Shown here piece after piece: positions 32,151-45,696 of a stretch of 64,000 nucleotides of DNA. The position numbers and the translations under genes are program-made. The number at the start of each line of letters is the position of its first letter. Position 1 is the stretch's first letter. The notes under the pieces were generated by a model. The model worked only from the letters and a program-made list of their open reading frames with translations. It ran no database searches and had not been told where the DNA came from. Source of the DNA: Gammaproteobacteria bacterium (GTDB lineage Bacteria; Pseudomonadota; Gammaproteobacteria; JAADGQ01); the NCBI GenBank assembly GCA_021648145.1, contig JAKITI010000002.1:135888-199887 (forward strand), in the 5' to 3' direction.

Positions 32151-33623
32151 ATGAAAAATAACGCTATATTATCATTGTTATTTATTCCTGCCATTTTAGT
32201 GTTAAGCGCTTGTGGCAGTGAAGATCAGGCAGTAGAAGGTCAGAGCAAACCTGTTGCCGTGCAGTATCTGCCAAAGAAAAACAGTATTGTAATCCCTAAA
32301 TCACTGTTAGGTTATCAGGAAGAATCCTCAGAGAGAACATTTCGTGCCATTGATAGTGGTGGTGAAGCAGATTCCGCTTTTGCCAAGGTCAATAATCGTG
32401 TGACCGAAGCGGAAATAATTCGTTTGGGCCATCAAGTGCCACTTTTAATGCTGGATGCAGTCTGGTATGAAATAGAGTCACAGTGCAAGAGTGTCGTAGC
32501 TGAAACAGCCTGTACGATACCTCAAGGGACGATTGCATTGCAGTTAACGGATGACATTATTGCGGCCGAAAAAGTGGCTGTAGAAAAAATAGATACGATT
32601 AATAACAAACAACAGAGTGGGATGTTTGGAGTAAATGAAACTGATGAAATCATCCAGCTACCGACCACTCCAGGTGAAAGTATTGAGCTAGGAACGATCG
32701 TCTACACTGCTTTTTCAGCGGAGAGTGAGTTTCAGTATGAAGTCTCGCTGGATCTCTCTGAAATGGAAAAAATGAGTGGGTTGGTCAGTGATGATGCGAC
32801 AATTTTTTTGCTTAAATGGGCCGCCAATAAACGCAGTGTCGTCTCTTCATATGCTTTTGAAAATAGTGATACAGACTTCATTTATACCTATAGCTATCTT
32901 GATGATGGCAATGATGAGTTGGTGGAAATTAAATATAGTAACTCTGATAATGTGACTGAAAAAATATCGAATACAGAGACAGAAACTATTACATTGAAGG
33001 CTCTTGATGACTCAAACAATACGGCGTTGATCGGGTTTGAAGGACGATATAGTAGTGCACGGGGTCTACAATCTTTTTCTGCTGTGGGTCAGGCAAATAA
33101 TGATTCGGGCTCTTTACAGGCTGATTTTTCTTCTGACTATGGTTCTGAAGGGGAAGCCGAATTAATCAGTTACAGTAAGAGGGAGACTTTTGCTAATAAT
33201 AAGGGTGTTATTAATAGCAAGGTATGCGAAGCAAACTGTGCTAATGAGAGTGCATGGAAATCTGCCAAAGGAGGCGATTCAACAAATTCATCGGGTAATA
33301 CAAATACGATCAATGGTGATAAAAATGAGGTCACTATTACTGAAACAGTGACTGAATCACCTCTTATAAATATTTTTGTTTCAGGGTTAGATGACGGCTC
33401 TTATATCATCGCATCCGATGGGTTTGATGGAAGTATTGAAAATAAGCTGGGGTACGGTTGGGTGGCGGAAGGTATTGCTGAATTCTTATATTGGGGCAGT
33501 GAAGCCGAAATTGAGAGCGCCAAGATTTATACAACTGAGCTTGTTATTGATGGGGCGGAGTATCGCTTTACTTATGTTGAGGTCAGTACGGCTCAAATCG
33601 CCATGGCTGAAGGTGCTCTTTAG
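32151..33623 (+). CDS. large lipoprotein of unknown function
   Basis: MKNNAILSLLFIPAILVLSAC has a lipobox (LSAC). About 490 aa, rich in S/T/D/N/E, with no domain I recognise. Confidence 0.6.
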   Translation: MKNNAILSLLFIPAILVLSACGSEDQAVEGQSKPVAVQYLPKKNSIVIPKSLLGYQEESSERTFRAIDSGGEADSAFAKVNNRVTEAEIIRLGHQVPLLMLDAVWYEIESQCKSVVAETACTIPQGTIALQLTDDIIAAEKVAVEKIDTINNKQQSGMFGVNETDEIIQLPTTPGESIELGTIVYTAFSAESEFQYEVSLDLSEMEKMSGLVSDDATIFLLKWAANKRSVVSSYAFENSDTDFIYTYSYLDDGNDELVEIKYSNSDNVTEKISNTETETITLKALDDSNNTALIGFEGRYSSARGLQSFSAVGQANNDSGSLQADFSSDYGSEGEAELISYSKRETFANNKGVINSKVCEANCANESAWKSAKGGDSTNSSGNTNTINGDKNEVTITETVTESPLINIFVSGLDDGSYIIASDGFDGSIENKLGYGWVAEGIAEFLYWGSEAEIESAKIYTTELVIDGAEYRFTYVEVSTAQIAMAEGAL

Positions 33624-33649
33624 TATTCCGTGCTCGTTCCTTACTGGCA

Positions 33650-35209
33650 TTATCGGTTGTAATTTTTTACCATCTGTTTGATATGTTTGGGGGTGTTATT
33701 ATCGAGCTGCTCCCAATTGAAACGCCAGAGCCAGTTTCCTTCACAAGTACCGGGGGTGTTCATTCTGTGCTCTTCTTTGAGCATTAATATATCCTGCATA
33801 GGAATGATTGCCAGTTTTGCAACGGATGCAAATGCACAGCGAATAATAGGCCAGGGCATGACTTCTTGTGGAAACCCTAAATATTCCTGAATATGTTGTT
33901 GTTGATCAAAGGATAGCGCGTTATACCACCCACAGGTTGTGTTGTTGTCATGTGTCCCACTGTAAACTGCGGAGTCGGTTTCATGGTTGTGTGGGAGGTA
34001 AGGGTTATTGGCATCGCTATCGAAAGCAAACTGGAGTATCTTCATCCCGGGTAACCTGAACTCTTTTCGCAGAGCATCGACTTCATCAGTGATTATGCCA
34101 AGGTCTTCCGCAATAAAAGGCAGTGCTCCGAAATGCTCCTGTAATTTTTTGAAAAGTGCTTGCCCTGGTGCTTTAACCCAGTGGCCATTGATCGCAGTCT
34201 CTTCATTCGCTGGAATTGACCAGTATGCTTCGAACCCCCTGAAGTGATCAATACGCATGATGTCATAGAGTTTAAGCTGGGTTTCGATGCGCTCAACCCA
34301 CCAGGAAAACCCGCTTTTTTCCATAAAACTCCAGCGGTAATGCGGGTTGCCCCAGCGCTGGCCTGTTTCTGAAAAATAATCAGGAGGTACGCCTGCAACA
34401 ATATCAGGTTGACCTTCAGGGGTTAGTTGGAAGCACTCTCGGTGCACCCATACATCGGCACTGTCATGTGAAACAAAGATAGGGATATCGCCAAATAATA
34501 AAATCCCTTTTTTGTTGGCATAGTGCTTTAAGCTTTTCCATTGGTTGAAAAAGAGAAATTGCTCAAATTGAGTTTGAGCAATTTCTTCATGCAACTCATG
34601 GCGCAGCTCAAGCAGTGCATTTGGGTTACGGTCACGTAGTGGTGTGGGCCACTCAATCCATGAAAGACCGTGATGTTTTTGTTTTATGACCCAAAAGAGT
34701 GCGTAATCTACCAGCCAGTGTTTTTCATCGTTAATAAAGTCAGTCAGCATGCTATGAGAAGCTGCATCGGCCTTTTTCTGGAAACAGTGAAAGGCTTTTT
34801 TAAGAAGTTGTTGACGACGTTCTTCTGCAGAGGTATCACTCGCTAGTTGTTGCTCGACTTCGTTGGAAGAGAGCCAGCCGGCATCAATGAGCGCATCAAG
34901 ACTAATCAGTTGAGTGTTGCCTGCATGGGCGGAAAAACAGTTGTAAGGTGAGTGATCTTTGTGTGTTGGACCTAAGGGCAATGTTTGCCATATGCTCATA
35001 CCACTGTCCACTAAAAAATCAATAAAGTGGTAAGCTTCTGAACCCAGATCACCATTTTCCCAGCGGTTCGGTAAAGAGGTGATATGGAGTAATATACCAC
35101 CCCGACGCTTTTCTAGTGGGTCGTGGTGAGTGGTTATTTTAGTGGAAGTGGCATGCAAGTTAATTTTGCTCCTTTCCTGGGCGCATGGCGCCTCCGTGCA
35201 GTGGGTCAC
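33650..35209 (-). CDS. malQ: 4-alpha-glucanotransferase (amylomaltase, GH77)
   Basis: GILLHITSLP...GDLGSEAYHFIDFL...WQTLPLGP; GH77 catalytic region. The first ~16 codons overlap the GH57 gene, so the true start may lie downstream. Confidence 0.85.
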   Translation of the reverse strand: MTHCTEAPCAQERSKINLHATSTKITTHHDPLEKRRGGILLHITSLPNRWENGDLGSEAYHFIDFLVDSGMSIWQTLPLGPTHKDHSPYNCFSAHAGNTQLISLDALIDAGWLSSNEVEQQLASDTSAEERRQQLLKKAFHCFQKKADAASHSMLTDFINDEKHWLVDYALFWVIKQKHHGLSWIEWPTPLRDRNPNALLELRHELHEEIAQTQFEQFLFFNQWKSLKHYANKKGILLFGDIPIFVSHDSADVWVHRECFQLTPEGQPDIVAGVPPDYFSETGQRWGNPHYRWSFMEKSGFSWWVERIETQLKLYDIMRIDHFRGFEAYWSIPANEETAINGHWVKAPGQALFKKLQEHFGALPFIAEDLGIITDEVDALRKEFRLPGMKILQFAFDSDANNPYLPHNHETDSAVYSGTHDNNTTCGWYNALSFDQQQHIQEYLGFPQEVMPWPIIRCAFASVAKLAIIPMQDILMLKEEHRMNTPGTCEGNWLWRFNWEQLDNNTPKHIKQMVKNYNR

Positions 35210-36878
35210 CGCCGCCGTGGCTGATAATTTTTGATAACGATTCGGGTGGCTCTAAATTCAGCATTTGATAGAGGTTCGCCAGATGCATTCGGAAGAGCCG
35301 TTCAAAATCACTGACAGCATCTTGCGAATTATAATCACCGAACCACCAGAACCAGTCTGAGCCTTCACAGATGGCCAGCTGTTTATCAACGGCTTCACGG
35401 TTTTCATCTGCAATTTCGTTGGCAGCGACTTTGGCATCATAAGCATGCTTGGCTTCAATGAGCAGATCCCAGCCCGCATTTTTGTCGGTATCACCGATCC
35501 AGGTTGAAAATGTGCCATAAACCCAACTTCCAGAAACCATTCCTGAGAGTTTTCCTGCTTTAGGTTTTGCATCAAGGCATTCAGAAAAAGTAGTGAGTTC
35601 TATGTTTGGGTGTTCAGACAAACGCTTGTAAAGTGCGCTGAGAAAATGGTAGCCATTATCTGGGTAGTGCTCCCAGGCATTTTCACCATCAAGAATAATA
35701 GAGACAACGCTGTCATGAGCAGATTGACAGGTGACATTAATATTTTCCAGGTGATGAATCAGATCACCGACCGCATCATCGGCATGCCAGTTGGAGTAGG
35801 TGAAGCCAATGAGATCAGAGAGTCCGTCATCTCGAAAAAAACAACGGATATTGCCCGTACCTTTAATGTGATAGGGGTGATAAAGTTCGTGTCCATCATG
35901 AGTGTCTGAGTCAGAGATTCCATGATGCGTCAGGCTGTTATGAAAAACGGACTCTCCTGTTGCGGCCCAGTCAAAGCCGTATTCATTAAGCAGGTGCAAC
36001 GTATCACTACTCACTCCGCCTTCTGAAGGCCAGCAGCCTCGCGGTGTTTTTCCGAAAAATCGTTGAAAAGTATCAATTCCTTTTTCCAGGTGCCACTTCA
36101 ATCGCTCTTGTCCACCAGGGTAAACAGGTGCTTTGGGCAGTGATGCGTCAGGCATCGCATCTTTGGTGCACTGTAAATCTTGCATGAGCGGCATGATTGG
36201 GTGTGCATAAGGTGTCATGGAGAGCTCAATCTGGTTTTTTGCAGAGAGCACACGATAGCGCTCAATGATGCTTGAGAGTTGCTCGCTGATAACTCCCAGG
36301 AGTTTGCGGCGGTCACTCAATGTATAGTTTTGGCCTTTTTCACAGAGCTGCTGTATGCACTTACTTTTTCTGCGAACGGTTTCACCCATCCAGGCAAGAT
36401 GATACCAAACCAGAAGATCCGTCAGGAACTGATCGTCCATATAGATTTTAAGGTCATCATTTTGATGGTACCAGTTCGCCATATCGACCAAACGTCGATA
36501 GTGTGGGAAACGGTTAATTAAGCGCTCTTCATTTGCTCTGAGGCAGGCCTCAATGAGTACCCATCGTTCTTCACTTTTATTGGGAAGTGCTGGCATATCC
36601 AGAGCGGCAAGTAACGGGTCTTTTATAGATCCGCTCCCATGAAGAAAGCTTTTGACCTGAGTGGCGTAATCCTCAATTTGCTCCAGTAGTATCGGTGCAA
36701 AGTTAATGACGGCCTTGGCTTTGGGTGTCTCTTCTAGAATGGATGCCATATCAACATAATCTTTAATGGCATGCAGGTAAGTCCACGGCAATTGGTATAT
36801 ACCATCCATGAGTTCGCGGTATTCAGGCTGGTGCATATGCCAGCACAGAACAACTTTCAATTGGTTTTTATCGGACAT
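35160..36878 (-). CDS. glycoside hydrolase family 57 protein (alpha-amylase / GH57 branching-enzyme-like)
   Basis: [14 protein letters not shown] is the GH57 N-terminal signature; typical GH57 length. Confidence 0.8.
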   Translation of the reverse strand: MSDKNQLKVVLCWHMHQPEYRELMDGIYQLPWTYLHAIKDYVDMASILEETPKAKAVINFAPILLEQIEDYATQVKSFLHGSGSIKDPLLAALDMPALPNKSEERWVLIEACLRANEERLINRFPHYRRLVDMANWYHQNDDLKIYMDDQFLTDLLVWYHLAWMGETVRRKSKCIQQLCEKGQNYTLSDRRKLLGVISEQLSSIIERYRVLSAKNQIELSMTPYAHPIMPLMQDLQCTKDAMPDASLPKAPVYPGGQERLKWHLEKGIDTFQRFFGKTPRGCWPSEGGVSSDTLHLLNEYGFDWAATGESVFHNSLTHHGISDSDTHDGHELYHPYHIKGTGNIRCFFRDDGLSDLIGFTYSNWHADDAVGDLIHHLENINVTCQSAHDSVVSIILDGENAWEHYPDNGYHFLSALYKRLSEHPNIELTTFSECLDAKPKAGKLSGMVSGSWVYGTFSTWIGDTDKNAGWDLLIEAKHAYDAKVAANEIADENREAVDKQLAICEGSDWFWWFGDYNSQDAVSDFERLFRMHLANLYQMLNLEPPESLSKIISHGGGDPLHGGAMRPGKEQN

Positions 36879-38133
36879 GGCAAATATTAGTCTCCAACAT
36901 TTCAGGGATCACAAGAACAACTCCACCTTCAGATACGTGAAAGCGTTTCGCATCGTCTTCTAGGTTTTCTCCTATCACGGTTCCTTCAGGAATATCACAG
37001 CCTTTGTCAATGACAACTTTGTTTAAGCGGCAATTTCGACCAATGGTAACATCAGGCAGGATGACACAGTCATTCAGTGTGGTGAAGGAGCTTATTCTTA
37101 CATTATAAAAAAGCAGGGAGTGATGAACCTCCGCACCAGAAATAAGGCAGCCTGAAGAGATCATCGAATCAATGGCCATGCCACGACGACCATCATCATC
37201 AAAAATAAATTTTGCAGGGGGCAGCTGAGGTTGGTGAGTCCATATCGGCCATATTTTATCGTAAAGGTTTAATTCGGGTGTGATACCAATGAGCTCCATA
37301 TTGGCCTCCCAATATGAATCAATCGTACCCACATCACGCCAGTAAGGTTGATTACCTGAACTATCACGATAGGCATAAGCGTATGTACGATACTTTTCGA
37401 TGACCGAAGGGATCATATCTTTGCCAAAATCATGGCTGGAGCCTTGAGTCTGAGCATCTTTACTCAGTTGTTCGAATAAAAATTTAGTATTGAAAATATA
37501 AATTCCCATTGAAGCCAAAGCATGACTTTTTTTATAGGATAAAGGGTCGGGGTGATCCGGCTTTTCGCTAAATTTGACAATACGGCTGTCATCATTCACG
37601 GACATCACACCGAATGCTTTAGCCTGCTCAATAGGCACTTCAACACAACCTACGGTCATATCGGCCTGTTTTTCTTGATGGGCTGCCAGCATGGGGCCGT
37701 AGTCCATCTTATAGATATGATCGCCCGCAAGAACCAGTACATATTCAGGGTTAAGGCTGCGGATAATATCCAGATTTTGGAAAACGGCATCAGCTGTTCC
37801 TTCATACCAGTCATCTTTAACACGCTGTTGTGCGGGTACAAGTTCAACAAACTCGCCCAGTTCAGGTCGTTGAAAACTCCAGCCTTGCTGGATATGGCGT
37901 ATTAATGAATGTGATTTGTATTGTGTGAGTACTGCAATGCGGCGGATGCCTGAATTAATGCAATTGGAGAGCGGAAAATCAATAATGCGAAAGTTGCCTC
38001 CAAAAGGAACAGCGGGTTTAGCGCGCCATTTTGTGAGTTGTTTTAGACGTGACCCACGGCCACCTGCTAAAATCAAAGCTAAAGTGTTCTGTGTTAGACG
38101 ACTCACATAACGTTCGGGGGTGTTTGTGGCCAT
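36868..38133 (-). CDS. glgC: glucose-1-phosphate adenylyltransferase
   Basis: [27 protein letters not shown]; left-handed beta-helix C-terminus. Confidence 0.93.
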   Translation of the reverse strand: MATNTPERYVSRLTQNTLALILAGGRGSRLKQLTKWRAKPAVPFGGNFRIIDFPLSNCINSGIRRIAVLTQYKSHSLIRHIQQGWSFQRPELGEFVELVPAQQRVKDDWYEGTADAVFQNLDIIRSLNPEYVLVLAGDHIYKMDYGPMLAAHQEKQADMTVGCVEVPIEQAKAFGVMSVNDDSRIVKFSEKPDHPDPLSYKKSHALASMGIYIFNTKFLFEQLSKDAQTQGSSHDFGKDMIPSVIEKYRTYAYAYRDSSGNQPYWRDVGTIDSYWEANMELIGITPELNLYDKIWPIWTHQPQLPPAKFIFDDDGRRGMAIDSMISSGCLISGAEVHHSLLFYNVRISSFTTLNDCVILPDVTIGRNCRLNKVVIDKGCDIPEGTVIGENLEDDAKRFHVSEGGVVLVIPEMLETNICHVR

Positions 38134-38374
38134 TAGGTCAATCTCCCTTATATTTAGAGTGTTGTTGAGATCATACGTTGTTATTATAGCGCTTATATTT
38201 GTTCATAACACTGCTGGATGTTCATTTTTATTTTTAATTGAACAATGGACGACTTAGCGGTTTGTAGCAAAAATTTCTTTATAGTTTTTTTATAGTTATG
38301 GCGATACCTGTTTAAAATTATTTCGAATACGTTCCTGCTTATGGGGCATAATGATTTAGAGGAAACAGATAAAA

Positions 38375-40555
38375 ATGAATGAAGGACGCAGTATGATTCC
38401 ACATGACATCCAGGTGTTGATTGAAGCACGCCACCACGATCCTTTTTCTGTTTTGGGAAAACACTCTGTTGATGATGGTGACGTTGTACGCGCCTTTATT
38501 CCAAATGCCAGCAAGGTACTGGTGGGCGATGAAAAAATTGCCATGACACGCCTTTATAACTCTGACCTTTTTGAGTGGCGTGGAGCCGCAGGCATCATTC
38601 CCGATCGTTATGTTCTGACGTGGACGAATGGTGAAGGAGAGACGCTTAGTATGCTGGATCCATACTGCTTTCCACCCTGTTTGACAGATTATGATCTACA
38701 TTTATTCAGTGAAGGCAAACACTGGCATGCGTATCGATTTCTAGGGGCGCACCACCATGTTATAGACGGTGTGGAGGGAATGTTGTTTTCCACCTGGGCA
38801 CCTAATGCGAGCCGAATCAGTGTCGTGGGTGATTTTAATCATTGGGATGGGCGGCGCTATCCCATGCGTGCTCGTGGCGGCTGTGGTGTATGGGAGTTGT
38901 TTATTCCCGGTATTGAGTCGGATCATCATTATAAATATGAGGTGCGTGATCGCCATGGCGCGCTTCATATGAAAACGGACCCTTATGCACAACGCTTTGA
39001 ATTGCGCCCTGGGACTGCGGCAATTACACCCTCTAACAGTGTTTACTCCTGGCAAGATAACGAGTGGATGGCAACGCGTAAAGATAATGACTGGATGCAT
39101 AGCCCAGTCTCTATTTACGAGGTGCATTTGGGCTCTTGGCAAAAAGATGAAAACGGTCATTTTTTAAATTATCGTGATTTTGCTGATCGTCTGGTGAGCT
39201 ATGTCGTCGACATGGGTTTTACTCATATTGAGCTGCTGCCCATTACTGAGCATCCATACGATGCATCCTGGGGGTATCAAACAACAGGCTATTATGCTGC
39301 CACCAGTCGTTTTGGTTCGCCCGACGATTTTCGTTATTTTGTGGACTGCTGTCACCAAGAAGGGATTGGTGTCATCCTTGACTGGGTCCCCGCTCATTTT
39401 CCAAAAGATGCGCATGGTTTGGCAAAATTTGATGGCAGCACACTGTATGAACATGAAGATCCACGTTTAGGTGAGCATGCAGACTGGGGCACACTGATCT
39501 TTAATTATGGACGTAATGAGGTTAAAAACTTTCTGATTTCAAGTGCATTGTTCTGGTTGGAAGAGATGCATCTGGATGGTTTGCGTGTTGATGCGGTCGC
39601 CTCAATGCTCTACCTCGATTATTCACGCAAAGAAGGGGAGTGGTTACCTAATATTCATGGTGGACGAGAAAACCTGGAAGCCGTCGAATTTTTACGTGAA
39701 TTGAATGAGGTGACACATAGCCAGCACCCAGGCACGATGATTTTTGCAGAAGAGTCGACTTCATGGCCCATGGTCTCTCGTCCAACCTGGCTGGGTGGGC
39801 TGGGTTTCAGTATGAAGTGGAATATGGGGTGGATGAACGACACCCTGAAGTTTATGAGTCAGGATTCTGTATATCGCAGTTATCATCATAATATGCTCAC
39901 GTTCAGCCAGCTTTATGCCTATACCGAAAACTTTGTTCTGCCATTTTCGCATGATGAAGTGGTGCATATGAAAAAGTCACTGCTTTACAAAATGCCGGGC
40001 GATGAATGGCAAAAATTTGCAAATCTACGTCTTTTATACACCTATATGTTTACCCATCCTGGTAAAAAATTACTCTTTATGGGGTGTGAATTTGCTCAGG
40101 GTGAAGAGTGGGATGATTCCAAAGCACTGGATTGGTATGTGATGGATTATCCCAAGCACAAGGGGGTGCACTCTATGGTTGGAGATCTTAATAAAATGTA
40201 CAAAGATATGCCGCCATTGCATCGCCATGATTTTGATGGAGAGGGGTTTGAGTGGGTCGATTGTAATGATTCAGAGCAATCTGTTCTAAGCTATATGCGT
40301 CGAGATGGGGATGATATTGTTATTGTTATTTTGAACTTCACCCCCGTACCCAGAGAAGGGTATCGTATCGGTGTACCGTTTAATTGCAAATATCAAGAGG
40401 TGTTTAATTCAGATTCCGAGTATTACGGCGGAAGCAACATGGGTAATAACTCTCTTGTTGAAGCTGAGCCAACGGCCTGGATGAATCAATCTTTTTCACT
40501 CTCTTTGACACTGCCACCGCTGTCTGGGGTTGTTCTCAGACCAGTGCGTTCCTAA
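38375..40555 (+). CDS. glgB: 1,4-alpha-glucan branching enzyme (GH13)
   Basis: CBM48 plus GH13 catalytic motifs ([22 protein letters not shown]). Confidence 0.93.
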   Translation: MNEGRSMIPHDIQVLIEARHHDPFSVLGKHSVDDGDVVRAFIPNASKVLVGDEKIAMTRLYNSDLFEWRGAAGIIPDRYVLTWTNGEGETLSMLDPYCFPPCLTDYDLHLFSEGKHWHAYRFLGAHHHVIDGVEGMLFSTWAPNASRISVVGDFNHWDGRRYPMRARGGCGVWELFIPGIESDHHYKYEVRDRHGALHMKTDPYAQRFELRPGTAAITPSNSVYSWQDNEWMATRKDNDWMHSPVSIYEVHLGSWQKDENGHFLNYRDFADRLVSYVVDMGFTHIELLPITEHPYDASWGYQTTGYYAATSRFGSPDDFRYFVDCCHQEGIGVILDWVPAHFPKDAHGLAKFDGSTLYEHEDPRLGEHADWGTLIFNYGRNEVKNFLISSALFWLEEMHLDGLRVDAVASMLYLDYSRKEGEWLPNIHGGRENLEAVEFLRELNEVTHSQHPGTMIFAEESTSWPMVSRPTWLGGLGFSMKWNMGWMNDTLKFMSQDSVYRSYHHNMLTFSQLYAYTENFVLPFSHDEVVHMKKSLLYKMPGDEWQKFANLRLLYTYMFTHPGKKLLFMGCEFAQGEEWDDSKALDWYVMDYPKHKGVHSMVGDLNKMYKDMPPLHRHDFDGEGFEWVDCNDSEQSVLSYMRRDGDDIVIVILNFTPVPREGYRIGVPFNCKYQEVFNSDSEYYGGSNMGNNSLVEAEPTAWMNQSFSLSLTLPPLSGVVLRPVRS

Positions 40556-41523
40556 GGTACAGGAACACGTTGCAAGAGCTCATCTATAAAAATATCTGTT
40601 GTAATGCCATCGGCTTCAGCTTCAAAAGAGAGAATGAGGCGGTGGCGTAAAACATCATGCGCTATTGTCTGGATATCTTCTGGGGAGACGTAATCACGCC
40701 CTTGTAACCATGCATAGGCGCGAGCACATCGGTCCAGTGCAATCGTTGCGCGAGGGCTGGCACCAAATCGGTGCCACTGCTGAAGGTCACTGCCATAAGG
40801 TTCTGGATGGCGTGTGGCAATGATTAGCTGTAAAATATACTCTTCCAGTGCTGGCGATAAATGCAACTCCAAAACTTCTTTACGTGCTGCAAAAATAGCG
40901 TGCTGAGAAACTTCAGTGACAGTTTCAGATGTGTGGTCAGATTGTTTTTGAAGCGCTTCATTTCTAGCGAGTTGTAGTATGATTTTTTCTGCATCAATAT
41001 CTGGATAGTCAATCACAACGTGCATTAAAAATCGATCAAGCTGGGCTTCTGGAAGCGGGTATGTGCCCTCTTGTTCAATTGGATTTTGTGTCGCCATGAC
41101 CAGAAACAGGTCAGGTAATGGGTAGGTTGTGCTACCTACGGTAATTTGCCCTTCACCCATCGCTTCCAGTAACGCTGATTGTACTTTTGCCGGTGCACGA
41201 TTAATTTCATCGGCCAGTAACAAATTGTGAAAAAGGGGGCCTTTTTGGAACGTGAATGATCCATCTTGCGGCCGATAAATATCAGTTCCTGTCAGGTCGG
41301 CGGGTAATAAATCAGGTGTAAACTGAACTCGGTGAAACTGGCCTTCAATTCCCGTCGCCAATGTTTTTATTGCTTTTGTTTTGGCTAAGCCAGGCGCGCC
41401 TTCAACGAGTAGATGGCCATCGGCTAAAAGTGCAATAAGCAGCCGGGTGACGAGCTGCTCTTGCCCTATGATTTGCTCGGTAATATGGTTTTTTAACTGT
41501 TTAAAGGTATGTTGTTCTGACAT
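40552..41523 (-). CDS. MoxR-family AAA+ ATPase
   Basis: [39 protein letters not shown]; ends convergently with a 4-nt overlap on glgB. No VWA/DUF58 partner gene nearby. Confidence 0.85.
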   Translation of the reverse strand: MSEQHTFKQLKNHITEQIIGQEQLVTRLLIALLADGHLLVEGAPGLAKTKAIKTLATGIEGQFHRVQFTPDLLPADLTGTDIYRPQDGSFTFQKGPLFHNLLLADEINRAPAKVQSALLEAMGEGQITVGSTTYPLPDLFLVMATQNPIEQEGTYPLPEAQLDRFLMHVVIDYPDIDAEKIILQLARNEALQKQSDHTSETVTEVSQHAIFAARKEVLELHLSPALEEYILQLIIATRHPEPYGSDLQQWHRFGASPRATIALDRCARAYAWLQGRDYVSPEDIQTIAHDVLRHRLILSFEAEADGITTDIFIDELLQRVPVP

Positions 41524-41689
41524 TTTAAAATAAGCAATTAATTAATTGATGAAGTGGTTACGTTACATTTTTCTGTGTTTTGCTGCAATGTGGGTTTTTA
41601 CTCAGGGTTGATTGTAGCCGAAAACTCTCTGATTTTATGTTATCTTTATACGCATTATTATATTGTTTTTTTGTACTGGGCAGTTATTG

Positions 41690-42640
41690 ATGAATTTTCT
41701 GGATTTTGAACGTCCGATTGCGGATCTTGAAGCTCAAATTGAAGAGTTACGTCACCTGACGGGGGACAACGAGCTTAACATAGGTGATGAGATTTCTCGT
41801 CTTGAAGAGAAGAGTAACTCATTAACTGAGTCAATATTTTCTTCCCTCTCTATTTGGCAGGTGGCTCAGTTGGCACGCCACCCACAACGGCCTTATACGC
41901 TGGATTACATTGAGCGAATATTTACTGATTTTGAAGAGCTGCATGGTGATCGTGCTTATGCAGATGATGAGGCGATTGTCGGTGGCATTGCGCGCTTGGA
42001 GGGGCAACCCGTGATGGTTATTGGTCATCAAAAAGGGCGGGATACTAAAGAAAAAATTCAGCGTAATTTTGGAATGCCGCGTCCAGAAGGGTATCGCAAA
42101 GCAAAACGACTGATGGAGATGGCTGAGCGCTTTAATCTGCCTTTATTAACCTTTATTGATACGCCAGGTGCTTACCCTGGAGTGGGAGCAGAAGAGCGTG
42201 GCCAAAGTGAGGCGATTGCAACAAATCTGAAAATGATGGCAGAACTGGATACGCCAATTATCTGTACCGTGATTGGTGAAGGTGGCTCGGGTGGTGCGTT
42301 GGCCATTGGGGTGGGGGATTGCTTGCTAATGCTGCAATACAGCACCTATTCAGTGATTTCCCCTGAGGGATGTGCCACGATTTTGTGGAAAAGTGCAGAG
42401 AAGGCGTCGGATGCAGCTGAAGCAATGGGGCTTACAGCCGACCGCTTGAAAGAGCTAGGCTTTGTTGATCAAATTATTGATGAGCCTTTAGGCAGTGCCT
42501 ACCGTAACTTTGATGTGGTCGCCCAAAACCTTAAAACAGCGTTGCTTGGAAAGCTTGAAGGGTTGAACGCTAAAAGTTCAGAAGAGTTGCTTGATGAACG
42601 TTACAAGCGTTTGATGGGCTACGGTCAATTCAAAGAGTAA
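41690..42640 (+). CDS. accA: acetyl-CoA carboxylase carboxyltransferase subunit alpha
   Basis: [21 protein letters not shown]...; [18 protein letters not shown]. Confidence 0.93.
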   Translation: MNFLDFERPIADLEAQIEELRHLTGDNELNIGDEISRLEEKSNSLTESIFSSLSIWQVAQLARHPQRPYTLDYIERIFTDFEELHGDRAYADDEAIVGGIARLEGQPVMVIGHQKGRDTKEKIQRNFGMPRPEGYRKAKRLMEMAERFNLPLLTFIDTPGAYPGVGAEERGQSEAIATNLKMMAELDTPIICTVIGEGGSGGALAIGVGDCLLMLQYSTYSVISPEGCATILWKSAEKASDAAEAMGLTADRLKELGFVDQIIDEPLGSAYRNFDVVAQNLKTALLGKLEGLNAKSSEELLDERYKRLMGYGQFKE

Positions 42641-43966
42641 ATGTCAGGGTTCTCTTCTCAGAAGTTATTGGCTTTATTACCTCAATCTTCTTCGGTACGT
42701 CGCTACTGGGTTGCCTTCAGTGGCGGTTTGGATTCCCATGTTTTGCTTCATGCTATGGCAGGGCTTAAAAATGATCTCATTGGCACTGAATTATATGCGG
42801 TGCATGTGAACCACTCATTATGCACAGAGGCAAAAAATTGGGCGTTGCATTGTCAAAGTGTGTGTGAAGCGCTGCAAATAAGTTGTCAGCAATTAGTTGT
42901 TGATGCTCGCCCTGAAAAAGGTGAAAGCCCAGAGGCGGCGGCACGTGATGCGCGCTATCAATCCATTGCTCAATATATTGAGCAGGGGGATTTTTTGTTA
43001 ACAGCTCATCATCAGGATGATCAAGCAGAAACGTTATTGTTGCAGTTACTCAGAGGCGCAGGCACACAAGGTTTAGCTGCAATGCCTGCTCAAACTGACT
43101 TTTTTCATGGGCAATTAGTACGACCTTTACTGTCATTTTCCAGGCAACAATTGCACGAATATGCTGAGCATCATCAGCTGCGTTGGATTGATGACCCGAG
43201 TAATGCAGAAACCAATTTTGATCGTAATTATTTACGTCATAAAGTGATGCCGTTGCTTCAATCACGTTGGCCTTCTGCATCAAAAGTGATTGCACGAAGT
43301 GCCAGGCATCAGGCTGAATCATCACAATTACTGGATGTTTTAGCTGAACAAGATTTTAGCGCTGCCGTAGGCAGCCAACCGAATACTTTGTCAGTCAATT
43401 TTATAAAACAGCTGGATGTGGCTCGTCAGCGTCTTTTGTTACGTTACTGGATTAAACAACTCAAACTACCGATGCCCGCGAGTGTTCATATTGAACATAT
43501 TTTGCACGATGTCATCAATGCTGCGCCCGATGCGATGCCTTGTGTCCATTGGCGGGGCGGGGAAGTGAGGCGCTATCAGGGGGATTTGTATGCAATGTCG
43601 CCTTTGAGTATATTTAATCGCGCATTAGAAATTCCATGGAACTTGAACAGACTGTTGAATTTACCAGAAAATAGCGGTTACTTGACAGCTGAAAAGGTCA
43701 AAGGAAAAGGGCTTGATTGTAGTGTTACAGAGGTTATAGTACGCTTTCGTCAGGGGGGTGAATCTTGTCGGCCTGCTGGGTCAGATTACAGCAAATCACT
43801 CAAGAAACTGCTTCAAGAAAAAAATATTCTCCCGTGGTTGCGTGATCGTGTTCCTCTTCTTTATGTGGGGGATCAGTTGGCTGTGGTGGTGGGGGCCTGT
43901 ATTTGTGAGCCTTTCAGCGTGAAGAAAAGTATCGAAGGGTGGCAATTCCAAAAAATCAATCATTGA
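42641..43966 (+). CDS. tilS: tRNA(Ile)-lysidine synthetase
   Basis: VAFSGGLDSHVLLH PP-loop; conserved accA-tilS order. Confidence 0.9.
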   Translation: MSGFSSQKLLALLPQSSSVRRYWVAFSGGLDSHVLLHAMAGLKNDLIGTELYAVHVNHSLCTEAKNWALHCQSVCEALQISCQQLVVDARPEKGESPEAAARDARYQSIAQYIEQGDFLLTAHHQDDQAETLLLQLLRGAGTQGLAAMPAQTDFFHGQLVRPLLSFSRQQLHEYAEHHQLRWIDDPSNAETNFDRNYLRHKVMPLLQSRWPSASKVIARSARHQAESSQLLDVLAEQDFSAAVGSQPNTLSVNFIKQLDVARQRLLLRYWIKQLKLPMPASVHIEHILHDVINAAPDAMPCVHWRGGEVRRYQGDLYAMSPLSIFNRALEIPWNLNRLLNLPENSGYLTAEKVKGKGLDCSVTEVIVRFRQGGESCRPAGSDYSKSLKKLLQEKNILPWLRDRVPLLYVGDQLAVVVGACICEPFSVKKSIEGWQFQKINH

Positions 43967-44043
43967 AATTTTAACGTAAAGAGCAGAAAATCACGGTCTA
44001 CTCTTGTTTCCAATTTCATGCAATCGTAGCAATAACTTGATAA

Positions 44044-45690
<1,647 letters not shown>

Positions 45691-45696
45691 AGCAAT

